31,706 bases of DNA from a virus (lineage: Duplodnaviria; Caudoviricetes), in IMG/VR virus record IMGVR_UViG_3300035492_000045, positions 1 to 31,706 of that record; one strand, 5' to 3'. This document shows positions 1 through 8,008 of this stretch, one piece after another. The notes under the pieces are model-generated. The model was not told the origin of the DNA, ran no database searches, and saw only the letters and a program-made list of their open reading frames with translations. The position numbers and the translations under genes were made by a program. Each line of letters starts with the position of its first letter. Positions within the stretch are counted from its first letter, which is position 1.

Positions 1-181
1 AAATTCTATCATCCCATTCATATCCATCGCAAGGTGCGTGCATACGACCGAATCGGTCTATAGTAGGAGAAAGGTCATGGTTTGCGGTTGCTGCTTTGTC
101 CATAATACGCTTTTGGACTTTAGCATAATTTTCGTGGGATTGTGCTACGTATTCTTTAATGAGGTTCACTAATTCATTCAT
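1..181 (-). CDS. Hypothetical phage protein, partial (runs off the left edge; not in ORF track)
   Basis: ATG at 181 with GGGAG RBS; reads MNELVNLIKEYVAQSHENYAKVQKRIMDKAATANHDLSPTIDRFGRMHAPCDGYEWDDRI with no stop before the window edge; promoter directly upstream. Confidence 0.8.
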   Translation of the reverse strand, partial: MNELVNLIKEYVAQSHENYAKVQKRIMDKAATANHDLSPTIDRFGRMHAPCDGYEWDDRI

Positions 182-211
182 AATATAAACTCCCTTCACT
201 TAACTTTCACA

Positions 212-240
212 AGTATAAAGAAGGAAGGGGCCATAATCAA
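212..240 (-). promoter_or_regulatory. Sigma70-type early promoter overlapping a terminator-like hairpin
   Basis: TTGATT-17 nt-TATACT on the minus strand. Confidence 0.75.
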
Positions 241-247
241 GCCCCTT
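225..247 (-). terminator. Hairpin downstream of nrdB
   Basis: AAGGGGC-TTGATTATG-GCCCCTT followed by a pyrimidine tract. Confidence 0.6.
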
Positions 248-259
248 TTTTAAGATTTT

Positions 260-1336
260 TTAAAACTCTAGATTTTCTAAGTCTAAATCGTCTGTATCGT
301 CTTCGATTGCTCCGATGTTATAGTTGCTTAACTGTAACTCTTGAGCCGCCGTTTGTACGACACTGGTGTCGATATATTCCAGCATATAAGGTAAAGGCAA
401 TTCTTTAACAATCTGGAAGTCGAATTGAATACCAAACGCCTGATAGATTGGATATGCTAGGTAGTAGATATATTCCTTTAACAGGATTGCATTCAACCCT
501 ACAACCTGGCGACCTTCACTAAACAGGTAATCGGTCCAAGATGTTTCTTGCTCAATGATAGAATCAAGAATCTTCTTAATGTAAGGGCGCAACTCTTCGA
601 ATGCTTCCTTCCACTCAGGGTCTTTTAATAGGTTAACTAATACCGCATAGTCCATACGGGCATGAAGAATCTCATCACGACAAATCAACCCAACCAGTTT
701 ACAGATGCCTTGGTATAGGTCTGTTTCACCAATAGCAAATGTCACCGCAAAGCTACCCATGAAAGAGATTGCTTCAAGCCCCATTAAGGCGAACATGGTC
801 TTAATCAACTCGCGAATCATGACTTTTCTAGGTGTATCAACCGGCATATTGTAGATTGAATTAAACGTGTCTACGATCACTTCTGAGCGTTTCAATACCC
901 GAGTATTAACGTAGGTATCATGCAGCATTTGCGTTGGATTTACAAACGTCTGTTTAATGATATGTGAGTATGTACGGGCATGTATAACTTCAAACAGTGC
1001 CTGTGCTTGGAACATTCCCTCCGCTTCGCTATTGGTACAATGACGAATCAGAATAGACGTGATTGACTTAGCAGCGGCACTATCAACTAAATGCTGCCAA
1101 CTAATGGTTTTAACCATCAAGTCAGTAACTTCTTTAGGGGCATAGAGCATATCCATTTTGTCTTGGGTTAGATCTATTTCGAATTCTGACCAAATTTGAG
1201 ACATTTGAATATTATAAAGTTTCTCGAGCTCAGGATAATTCACGTGAACGGTGTCAAATAACCCCAAGTCATCGCCTAAGAAAATAGGATACTTTCCAGT
1301 TTCATGGCCTTTGTTGTTTGGATTGAATACACTCAT
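260..1336 (-). CDS. nrdB: Ribonucleotide reductase class Ia beta subunit
   Basis: Diiron/radical motifs WQHLVDS, EVIHARTY, LEAISF, RDEILH; adjacent to nrdA. Confidence 0.96.
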   Translation of the reverse strand: MSVFNPNNKGHETGKYPIFLGDDLGLFDTVHVNYPELEKLYNIQMSQIWSEFEIDLTQDKMDMLYAPKEVTDLMVKTISWQHLVDSAAAKSITSILIRHCTNSEAEGMFQAQALFEVIHARTYSHIIKQTFVNPTQMLHDTYVNTRVLKRSEVIVDTFNSIYNMPVDTPRKVMIRELIKTMFALMGLEAISFMGSFAVTFAIGETDLYQGICKLVGLICRDEILHARMDYAVLVNLLKDPEWKEAFEELRPYIKKILDSIIEQETSWTDYLFSEGRQVVGLNAILLKEYIYYLAYPIYQAFGIQFDFQIVKELPLPYMLEYIDTSVVQTAAQELQLSNYNIGAIEDDTDDLDLENLEF

Positions 1337-1351
1337 TTAAAACTCCAATAG

Positions 1352-1367
1352 AGGGGCCGGGGCCCCT
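1352..1367 (-). terminator. GC-rich hairpin between the nrdA C-part and nrdB (weak terminator or processing/stabilising stem)
   Basis: AGGGGC-4 nt-GCCCCT inverted repeat; poor U-tract. Confidence 0.4.
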
Positions 1368-1370
1368 TGA

Positions 1371-1886
1371 TTATAACTTACAACTTGAACAACCATCATC
1401 TTCCTGAATTTCTTCTGGAACGATTTGATCCTGTATGGTGCCACCATTAGAATCTTTGGTATTCAGGTAATATCTTGTTTTGTTGCCTAACTTGGCGTGA
1501 ATGACCCACTCTTTAATCAGTTGTGACATTGGAACTTTACCACCTTCAAAGCGTAAAGGCACAACATAGAAGTCACAGCTAATAGCCTGGTCAGTAAAGT
1601 CTTGAACGCGAGCATAATACTTGGACAATGTAATATTGTCAATATCCCATGCTGGTTTATGTTTGCCTTCAACAAACGATTGACAAATAAACTGAACCTT
1701 ACCTTTACGTGATGCCTTAGTAACAATCTTAGAACGCACTGGGTACAAACCATTAGGTGAACCTGATAATGAACTTGAGCTGTTATGACTAATACAACCA
1801 TTACTCAAAGGATAACATTCCGACTCTTTGACAGTAAAATCCCACGTATGTTCAAGCCCACACTCTTTAATAGATTTGATTCTCAT
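1371..1886 (-). CDS. nrdA: Split NrdA, C-terminal part: 35-aa C-intein fused to a 136-aa NrdA C-extein
   Basis: After ...SHN the protein reads SSSSLSGSPNGLYP (cf. E. coli TSSQISNATNGIEP), then DQAISCD, KTRYY (radical-transfer tyrosine pair) and terminal CSSCKL; AAGGAG RBS; ATGA overlap with the upstream endonuclease stop. Confidence 0.95.
   Translation of the reverse strand: MRIKSIKECGLEHTWDFTVKESECYPLSNGCISHNSSSSLSGSPNGLYPVRSKIVTKASRKGKVQFICQSFVEGKHKPAWDIDNITLSKYYARVQDFTDQAISCDFYVVPLRFEGGKVPMSQLIKEWVIHAKLGNKTRYYLNTKDSNGGTIQDQIVPEEIQEDDGCSSCKL
1782..1886 (-). mobile_element. C-terminal half of split intein (IntC, 35 aa)
   Basis: MRIKSIKECGLEHTWDFTVKESECYPLSNGCISHN|S: basic start, block F (TWDFTV), block G His-Asn, +1 Ser. 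Confidence 0.93.
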
Positions 1887-3109
1887 TTTGACTCCTTAAA
1901 TTTTTCTAAAAGTTCTTCTATCGTGATATCACAGTTCGCTCTTTTTGAGCAGTTTTCACTCGCTGGAATTATTCTTAGATTGTGAATTGATCCTATAACT
2001 TGAGGATTTATTCCATTTTTAAACCCCTCTCTGATAGAGTATATATGATCTAAGTGATAATCTCTACCTCTTAGATCGTAATTATCAAGTAATGATAAAT
2101 CGTTTAAATTTGTATAGAGCCAGACTAATTGATAATACTTGTCTCTTTCATTTAAAGATTCGTCATACTCTTGTATTTTATTTTTAATTATTTCAAGTGC
2201 GTATTTACAGAAATCTAAGGTAGGCATTGATTTAATGTCTAATAGCACTCTTAGTTCTGACCAATCTTTATTATAACAGTGTTTAGCAAATCTTAAAATA
2301 TTCGATGCGTCAATTAAATTAAAATGTTTCAATAAAGTCGAATAAGTTAATTTGTTTATTTTTCTTTTGTTGATATCTTGAATAATCAACCTAGCATCAT
2401 ATTCAGAGTATCCCCTTGATAAGTAATACTCTATATGTACACCCGCGTTCATTTTTTGGTGTTTTGATACCATTTCAATAGCCTGATCTTTACTATACCC
2501 TCTTTTCGTGTAATATCCAACGGTCCTTTTGCTTGTTATTGATTGTTCTTTTAAGAAACTTTCATATTCAGATACTGCCCTATCGTAATCGCCTTTATAT
2601 TTCTCTAAATAATAATCTATTCTATATCTCTTTGAACAGTCAAGTGCAAACTTTTGGTATACCTTTAACCCCTTTTCTGCCCCATGCCTCTTAATGAATT
2701 TTTCTTTTGATGTTGCTTTGTCTGATTTGAACTTTTCCACCTTAGCAACCGCCTCATCATAGGTTACGTTATCTCTTTCCATTACCCATTCGACGTCGTA
2801 GGGAGATTTTCTTTTATTCGATTGAGATTTTCTATAATCTTCATACCCGTCTGGATTATAGATTCGCATTTTGTTGTGGCTATTTGTCATACCTTTGGTT
2901 TTTAGAAATTTCTCTGTTGTAAAATGCCGATGGTACGTTTTTGCGTGTCTTAAATAACGACCTCTTTCTTTTGGATTAAATTTCAAATATTCAAAAAGTT
3001 CATAGTCAAAAGTCAAAGTAATATTGACATCATTGCCTTTTAACCATTCGTCCCATTTTTCGACTTTGTTATCGTTAAAAAGAATTTCCGTGAGTTGTTT
3101 CTTTTTCAT
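1883..3109 (-). CDS. Free-standing HNH-family homing endonuclease inserted between the split intein halves
   Basis: C-terminal YHLDHIYS...NLRIIPASENCSK HNH-like motif; repeated YY.KRGYS...A units; Lys-rich, AT-rich; position inside nrdA. Confidence 0.85.
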   Translation of the reverse strand: MKKKQLTEILFNDNKVEKWDEWLKGNDVNITLTFDYELFEYLKFNPKERGRYLRHAKTYHRHFTTEKFLKTKGMTNSHNKMRIYNPDGYEDYRKSQSNKRKSPYDVEWVMERDNVTYDEAVAKVEKFKSDKATSKEKFIKRHGAEKGLKVYQKFALDCSKRYRIDYYLEKYKGDYDRAVSEYESFLKEQSITSKRTVGYYTKRGYSKDQAIEMVSKHQKMNAGVHIEYYLSRGYSEYDARLIIQDINKRKINKLTYSTLLKHFNLIDASNILRFAKHCYNKDWSELRVLLDIKSMPTLDFCKYALEIIKNKIQEYDESLNERDKYYQLVWLYTNLNDLSLLDNYDLRGRDYHLDHIYSIREGFKNGINPQVIGSIHNLRIIPASENCSKRANCDITIEELLEKFKESK

Positions 3110-3114
3110 ATATG

Positions 3115-3172
3115 CCTCAAATGCCGTTAAAACATTTATTTATAAAAATATCAGTTTTAACGGCATATAAGG
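3115..3172 (-). promoter_or_regulatory. T4-type late promoter TATAAATA (3137-3144) in the loop of an RBS-sequestering hairpin
   Basis: Perfect 13-bp inverted repeat 3121-3133/3154-3166, extendable through the GAGG RBS (3115-3118). Confidence 0.85.
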
Positions 3173-3174
3173 TA

Positions 3175-3507
3175 TTACATAGAGACTATGTCATCCATTG
3201 GAGTTAAATCTTTAACAAAAATATACTCATTTTGACCATTTCTATTCACTAGAAGTCGATGATTAGCGGTAAATTTATAGGTATTCCCATCCTCAAACTC
3301 AATTTCGTATACTTTAGCCAGTCCGTTGTAGTAAACTTCATCACACTTACCTGTTGGAAATTCAATTTCAGGTATTTTAAACCGTTGCCCCTGCGCCATT
3401 GACGAATTTTCTATTCCGTCGACGTCTAGTTTAGATTCTATCAATATCTGACCTAGACTTTTCACGGTGCCATCCGCCAATAAAACTTCATTGGTTTTGA
3501 CTTGACA
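3175..3507 (-). mobile_element. N-terminal half of split intein (IntN, 110 aa)
   Basis: Cys1 block A CQVKTNEVLLADG, VYEIEFEDG, block B FTANHRLLV (TxxH), VKDL...D, then stop. Confidence 0.93.
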
Positions 3508-5289
3508 TTCAGTTGGCATGTGCGCGGAAAGCACCGAATGTTTCCGTTTATGTCCACGTAGGCTTTCCCAATCCAATTCTGTTACACTCTTATTGATACT
3601 GCTATCAATAGGCAGCCAGTCCTCTTTAATCCCTTCTACGTATGTCCTATCGCGTTTGGCTAGTTTTTGTGAAGCCTTCAATAAGTGGAAGTAATGGTGT
3701 TCAGCAATCTTTTGAACTAAATTTAATGACTCTTCTGAACCATCGTAGTCCATACCTTCATTATATAACCGTTCGGCTAATCCGGTAATACCAATACCTA
3801 CAGATCTACGTTGTTGAATCCAGTATGCCATTGAATCCGACATCATAGGAGCACGGTCGATCATAATGTCAACGGCTTCTAGGCCCAATTCGGCAATTTC
3901 GGCATACTCTTCGAACGTGATACGAGAAACGTTAAATGCACTTAATGAACAGAAGGCAGTTTCACCTACTGACTTTTCACCGTACAGGTCTTTCATATCA
4001 ACATAGGCTTTAGTCGGAAGAGCAATTTCAAGGCACAGGTTCGACTCTCTAATTAAATCTTTAAAAGGTGTATGAGTATTCATACGAGTCATATTGATAT
4101 CGTAAAAACGACCTGTCTCGGCACGAACGGTTAAGAATGTTTTCAACAACTCTAACGCATCAATCTTCTTATGAGGAACACCTTTTGCTAATAATTCTTG
4201 AACCTTAGCATTGTATTCTTCTGCAGATGCCTTATGAAAAACTCCATCGTACAATTCAGGTGCATGAAGCAAACTGAACAGGTACCATGGTTGTTTCTTA
4301 ACAACTGCTTCAACGAATGCATCATTATAACCAAAGCTATAATCCAGTTTGTCAATACGAGTCTCTAGGTCAATACGCTGAGATTTCCATAACAGAATTT
4401 TTTCAATCTCTGGATCAATACAAAGCACAGTCACAGTAGCATTACCGCCACGGGTGATTTGTGTCATCGTTTTAACTTCACGGTCAGTAGTCTTGAAAAT
4501 AGGCCATTTACCTAAATGCTTGACTCGACCACCCTTAACAGGATCGTCAATAGAACGAGTGGTGAACTCGATGCCAATGCCTGCCTTTTTAGATGTCATT
4601 TCATACGCAATATGGTTAGCAACACCAATTGATTTAACAGTATCACCACCGCTAATAACACAGCAAGAGATTGTGTCCCAGTCACCGTTGCGTAGGCCGT
4701 TTAATGCAGGTGTAGGTAGGTTGATTTTACCCAATACTAAGGCTCGTGCAAATTTCAATGCTTTGATGTTATCACCGAACAGGGCTAATGCAATACCCAT
4801 GAAACCTAAATGAGGAGTTTCTACCACATTGTCCTCAATTTTCATAGCATATTTGTCATTCCATTGCTTCACTTGCCAGTATTCCAAACGAGTTTCTTTA
4901 ATCTCGTTGTACCACTTTTCCCATCTTGGGTTATAGGCGGGAATTGAAGAACTATCCCATACACCGAAGTCTTCGTATGCTTCCATAATATCTTGGAATG
5001 ATGCGGAATCATCAAGTCCAAAGATATAGCGCATATTTTTACGAATGGTAGCAAACTCTAAACGGGAGGCAACACGGCTATACTCAAGAGACTTTTTATC
5101 CACACAGACATCAATCATTGTTTGGTGGATGTCTTCAGTCTTACATGGGTTGGTAAGACGTTTAAAAGTCTGTAATGCAATATCCGACCAATTACCACCT
5201 ACCTCTGACGCATACTTGGCCCACTTATTCAACTTGTCAGGGTTGAAAGGCTCGACCGTACCGTCACGTTTAATTACTTCTGTTATCAT
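3175..5289 (-). CDS. nrdA: Split NrdA, N-terminal part: 594-aa NrdA N-extein fused to a 110-aa N-intein
   Basis: ATP-cone start (VIKRDG), LPTP, ISCC, SNLCLEI (catalytic N-C-E), FCSLS, RRSVGIG; RNR similarity ends at SAHMPTE. Confidence 0.96.
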   Translation of the reverse strand: MITEVIKRDGTVEPFNPDKLNKWAKYASEVGGNWSDIALQTFKRLTNPCKTEDIHQTMIDVCVDKKSLEYSRVASRLEFATIRKNMRYIFGLDDSASFQDIMEAYEDFGVWDSSSIPAYNPRWEKWYNEIKETRLEYWQVKQWNDKYAMKIEDNVVETPHLGFMGIALALFGDNIKALKFARALVLGKINLPTPALNGLRNGDWDTISCCVISGGDTVKSIGVANHIAYEMTSKKAGIGIEFTTRSIDDPVKGGRVKHLGKWPIFKTTDREVKTMTQITRGGNATVTVLCIDPEIEKILLWKSQRIDLETRIDKLDYSFGYNDAFVEAVVKKQPWYLFSLLHAPELYDGVFHKASAEEYNAKVQELLAKGVPHKKIDALELLKTFLTVRAETGRFYDINMTRMNTHTPFKDLIRESNLCLEIALPTKAYVDMKDLYGEKSVGETAFCSLSAFNVSRITFEEYAEIAELGLEAVDIMIDRAPMMSDSMAYWIQQRRSVGIGITGLAERLYNEGMDYDGSEESLNLVQKIAEHHYFHLLKASQKLAKRDRTYVEGIKEDWLPIDSSINKSVTELDWESLRGHKRKHSVLSAHMPTECQVKTNEVLLADGTVKSLGQILIESKLDVDGIENSSMAQGQRFKIPEIEFPTGKCDEVYYNGLAKVYEIEFEDGNTYKFTANHRLLVNRNGQNEYIFVKDLTPMDDIVSM

Positions 5290-5304
5290 TTCTACCTCTA
5301 AGAA

Positions 5305-5523
5305 TTAGCCATTCAGTTGAGAATGGACACCGTTGACATATAATTGTGGAATACCACGGAAACCTTGCTCTAATAGAAACCCACGCGCTTCTTCATTTTC
5401 GCGAACGTTAACTTCGGTGAATTGAATACCCTTGGCAGTTAATGAATTCTTCAAGGTGGTACAATTAGGACAACCAGGGCCGCTGAAAACGACATAACCT
5501 TGATCTGGAACTTTATATGACAT
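5305..5523 (-). CDS. Glutaredoxin/NrdH-like redoxin
   Basis: CPNC motif, GFRGIPQL; start reassigned to ATG 5523 behind AAGGAG; upstream of nrdA. Confidence 0.9.
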   Translation of the reverse strand: MSYKVPDQGYVVFSGPGCPNCTTLKNSLTAKGIQFTEVNVRENEEARGFLLEQGFRGIPQLYVNGVHSQLNG

Positions 5524-5524
5524 T

Positions 5525-5743
5525 TTACGTCTCCTTAAGAGTTTTGAGTTTATTGTAAGCACACCGCAATACCTTACCTACATGATATTGTAGGTTAGCA
5601 TCGGCTATGATTGCATTGGCAGAATAGTCGGTACTAGGATTTAATTTATAACCCCAATCCGAGCAACATTTTTCAGTGAAAGAAATGACCGACTTAGAAT
5701 CGGTCATTTTAGAAATCAATCTACACGCTTGTGTTTCATTCAC
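5525..5743 (-). CDS. Hypothetical protein
   Basis: ORF fills the gap in the operon; likely GTG start at 5743 behind AAGGA. Confidence 0.6.
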   Translation of the reverse strand: MNETQACRLISKMTDSKSVISFTEKCCSDWGYKLNPSTDYSANAIIADANLQYHVGKVLRCAYNKLKTLKET

Positions 5744-5900
5744 AATCAATTTCCTTGTAATTGGGCCAAGTACCGTCTAGCACGTTTTGGCAGTAATGAC
5801 TCATTTCATTAACCTCATCTTGGTGAGTTAAGGTTAGACCAACGAATAACATTACGATTAATGCTACGACTGTTAAATTCTTTTTAGTTTCTGTTTTCAT
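5736..5900 (-). CDS. Small membrane-anchored protein, 54 aa (not in ORF track)
   Basis: MKTETKKNLTVVALIVMLFVGLTLTHQDEVNEMSHYCQNVLDGTWPNYKEIDCE; AAGGA RBS; promoter upstream. Confidence 0.8.
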   Translation of the reverse strand: MKTETKKNLTVVALIVMLFVGLTLTHQDEVNEMSHYCQNVLDGTWPNYKEIDCE

Positions 5901-5932
5901 GATATATTCCTTAGTCCAAGTTCACAGTTCTA

Positions 5933-5961
5933 AGTGTAACGGACTAGGCTATGGATGTCAA
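5933..5961 (-). promoter_or_regulatory. Sigma70-type early promoter for the grx-nrdA-nrdB operon
   Basis: TTGACA-17 nt-TACACT. Confidence 0.8.
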
Positions 5962-6275
5962 CGTTTGATTTCGCAGATTTTCTCTTTCAAGTCCTTGCGA
6001 TAGAAACATAAGGTTCTATTGGTTTCATTTATATAACGTCGAATGTCTTCCAAGAAGATTCTAAACTCAAGTGATTGGTCATAAGATAAACCAATTACCA
6101 CATCCTGATTTTCTTGAACCACAACCTTCCAATCAAAGGTATATGGTTTGACTGACGTAGGCCACTCTGGGTGGATTAGGGTTTCTTTTTGTGGTGGTAT
6201 TTCGATGTCGTTTGTTTTGCATCCTACCATCAATAGACAAGCAAGAGCAATCATAGACGCTTTTAATTTGTACAT
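5958..6275 (-). CDS. o-spanin (Rz1-like lipoprotein)
   Basis: Lipobox LMVG-C, Pro-rich segment, C-terminal LCFYRKDL...C; overlaps the i-spanin end. Confidence 0.85.
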   Translation of the reverse strand: MYKLKASMIALACLLMVGCKTNDIEIPPQKETLIHPEWPTSVKPYTFDWKVVVQENQDVVIGLSYDQSLEFRIFLEDIRRYINETNRTLCFYRKDLKEKICEIKR

Positions 6276-6667
6276 CTTGTTTCGTCTCCTGTTTCGCAGC
6301 TGATGGATTTACCGAACTGGTCAAACGATCTTTGAATTTGTCTTTGTACAAGCGTAGGTTTAGCGGCAACTACACTCTGTCTTCCTTTAAAATTGTCTAA
6401 TTCGGTTTTTACTTTATTGAAATCCTGCTGCACTTGTCGTTTTTCTGCTTGAAGTTGAGTATGTCGTTTTTGCTCATTAGCAATTTGTTCGCTTAATATT
6501 AGCAAGGATGATTGCAGCGCGTTAATCTGAGTTTGTTGTAATACGTTTTCTTCTACCTTTTGTTTATATAGGTATCCTACAGACAACAGAGCAACGAAAA
6601 GAATTATGCCTATCCATGCAGTAACAGATCCCAATAGCATTTTAATTTTAGTTAGCATGGATATCAA
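6263..6667 (-). CDS. i-spanin (Rz-like)
   Basis: Single N-terminal TM helix, long coiled coil, AKP.LV motif, C-terminal cysteines; paired with a lipoprotein. Confidence 0.85.
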   Translation of the reverse strand: MISMLTKIKMLLGSVTAWIGIILFVALLSVGYLYKQKVEENVLQQTQINALQSSLLILSEQIANEQKRHTQLQAEKRQVQQDFNKVKTELDNFKGRQSVVAAKPTLVQRQIQRSFDQFGKSISCETGDETRCTN

Positions 6668-6671
6668 CCTC

Positions 6672-7097
6672 TTATCGTTTAATATAGGTCATAACACCTG
6701 TTTGGCTATCTGTAACCAACAACTTGCTTGCCTTATAATAATTCTTCTGTACGAAAGAACGCAACTTCTCATCTTCAATCATTCCGGACCAACGTGAGTG
6801 TGGTTTCTTGCCAAACTTGCACTTGGTGTAGGTATCAGAATCTACCTCTATACAATCCATACCAGCAAACTTGCTAACCTTGAACAGAGGAGGGCTATCA
6901 GGGTTGGCAACACCATCAGTCGTAACAGTAGGAGCAGCAGTATCTTCTTTGAACATTTTCCATGCAGTAGAATATAACACTTCTTCCCACTCATCGCCGT
7001 AACGGTCTTTGAATGCTTGTTTGTTTGCCATAATCCATTCTTCGGCTTTTTTGCCAGGTGGAGCAACTTCCACCAAAAATTCAGTTAAGGTTTTCAT
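6672..7097 (-). CDS. Putative virion internal/head protein with capsid-targeting-like N-terminus
   Basis: MKTLTEFLVE resembles the T4 CTS (MKTYQEFIAE); downstream of a late promoter. Confidence 0.55.
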   Translation of the reverse strand: MKTLTEFLVEVAPPGKKAEEWIMANKQAFKDRYGDEWEEVLYSTAWKMFKEDTAAPTVTTDGVANPDSPPLFKVSKFAGMDCIEVDSDTYTKCKFGKKPHSRWSGMIEDEKLRSFVQKNYYKASKLLVTDSQTGVMTYIKR

Positions 7098-7614
7098 TTT
7101 TAGTAAACTCCACTTTAAAATCTGTGAGTGTTGATGTTTCTTTTTCTATTTTAAAACCGTATGAGTCCAACAACGATACAAAGGATTTGCTTGATACCAG
7201 TCGACGATATAACGACGCTAACTTATACTCACCTAAGAAAAAGAATTTGTCCATTTGTTTAATTTTAGGTAGAGCAGTGTACATAACCTTTTGTAAAACG
7301 TCAGCTGCATCAACTGAAGAAACGAATTTCTTTGACTTATCCCATGATGCACTACTATAAACATCCTCTGATGATTTGATTGAGGATGTCTTGGGATATG
7401 TTCTAAAAATGATATTATTATCTTTGGTTATATCAACTACAACATATCTGTCTTGAATTGTGAAGATTGTTGATGTTAGAGCAAAACCTATATAGGTAGT
7501 GTTCTCCCACTTCTTATTATCAAAGTCAGGAAAATTCGTACCATAAGAAGTTTCTTTCGGTTTTAATGCTTCTTCTATTTGCTGTTCAATTAAGAACCGC
7601 TTCAGTGTTTTCAT
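7081..7614 (-). CDS. Putative virion internal protein with capsid-targeting-like N-terminus
   Basis: MKTLKRFLIEQQIEE N-terminus; late operon context. Confidence 0.45.
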   Translation of the reverse strand: MKTLKRFLIEQQIEEALKPKETSYGTNFPDFDNKKWENTTYIGFALTSTIFTIQDRYVVVDITKDNNIIFRTYPKTSSIKSSEDVYSSASWDKSKKFVSSVDAADVLQKVMYTALPKIKQMDKFFFLGEYKLASLYRRLVSSKSFVSLLDSYGFKIEKETSTLTDFKVEFTKNENLN

Positions 7615-7970
7615 GATCGATATTCTTCCATCAACTTGATTAATATTTTTGAATCGAACTTACCATTACCTAATAAAGGCAGTGATAGATACAATAGAAT
7701 AGCATTCATAGTTTCATATTGTTCTTCTAATACACGAAATTCTAATATCTTAGAAGCGGCATGATGTTCAAAGACGTTGAAGGCGCTGATCGTCGTATTA
7801 ACGATCAGCTTAAGATTGTCGTTGCCCTTCCCTGAGTCAAACGACGTCAACAATTTCCTTATCACTTGGAACTTGAATAAATCTGATTCGAATTCCTCTT
7901 CTGTTAGACAGAAAGGATTGTCATAATATTTCGCGGCATAAACGTTCAAGTTCTTTTTAGTGATTTGCAT
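7611..7970 (-). CDS. Conserved T4-like phage hypothetical protein
   Basis: YAAKYYDNPFC...EFESDL...IRKLL...NVF pattern recalled from T4-like (including cyano-) phages. Confidence 0.65.
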   Translation of the reverse strand: MQITKKNLNVYAAKYYDNPFCLTEEEFESDLFKFQVIRKLLTSFDSGKGNDNLKLIVNTTISAFNVFEHHAASKILEFRVLEEQYETMNAILLYLSLPLLGNGKFDSKILIKLMEEYRS

Positions 7971-8000
7971 GAAAGTACCATCAATTCCTTTAGATTACTT

Positions 8001-8008
8001 TATTTAGT
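8001..8008 (-). promoter_or_regulatory. Late promoter variant ACTAAATA
   Basis: Precedes the operon ending in the spanins; same octamer at 24120-24127 (-) and 25907-25914 (+). Confidence 0.65.

Noticed and set aside
1887-3174. Group I intron interrupting nrdA
   Set aside because: Both flanks encode intein motifs, the downstream part has its own RBS and ATG, and the only non-coding space is a 65-nt hairpin, too small for a ribozyme core
3175-5289. nrdA as a truncated pseudogene
   Set aside because: All catalytic motifs are intact across the two ORFs and the exteins join seamlessly
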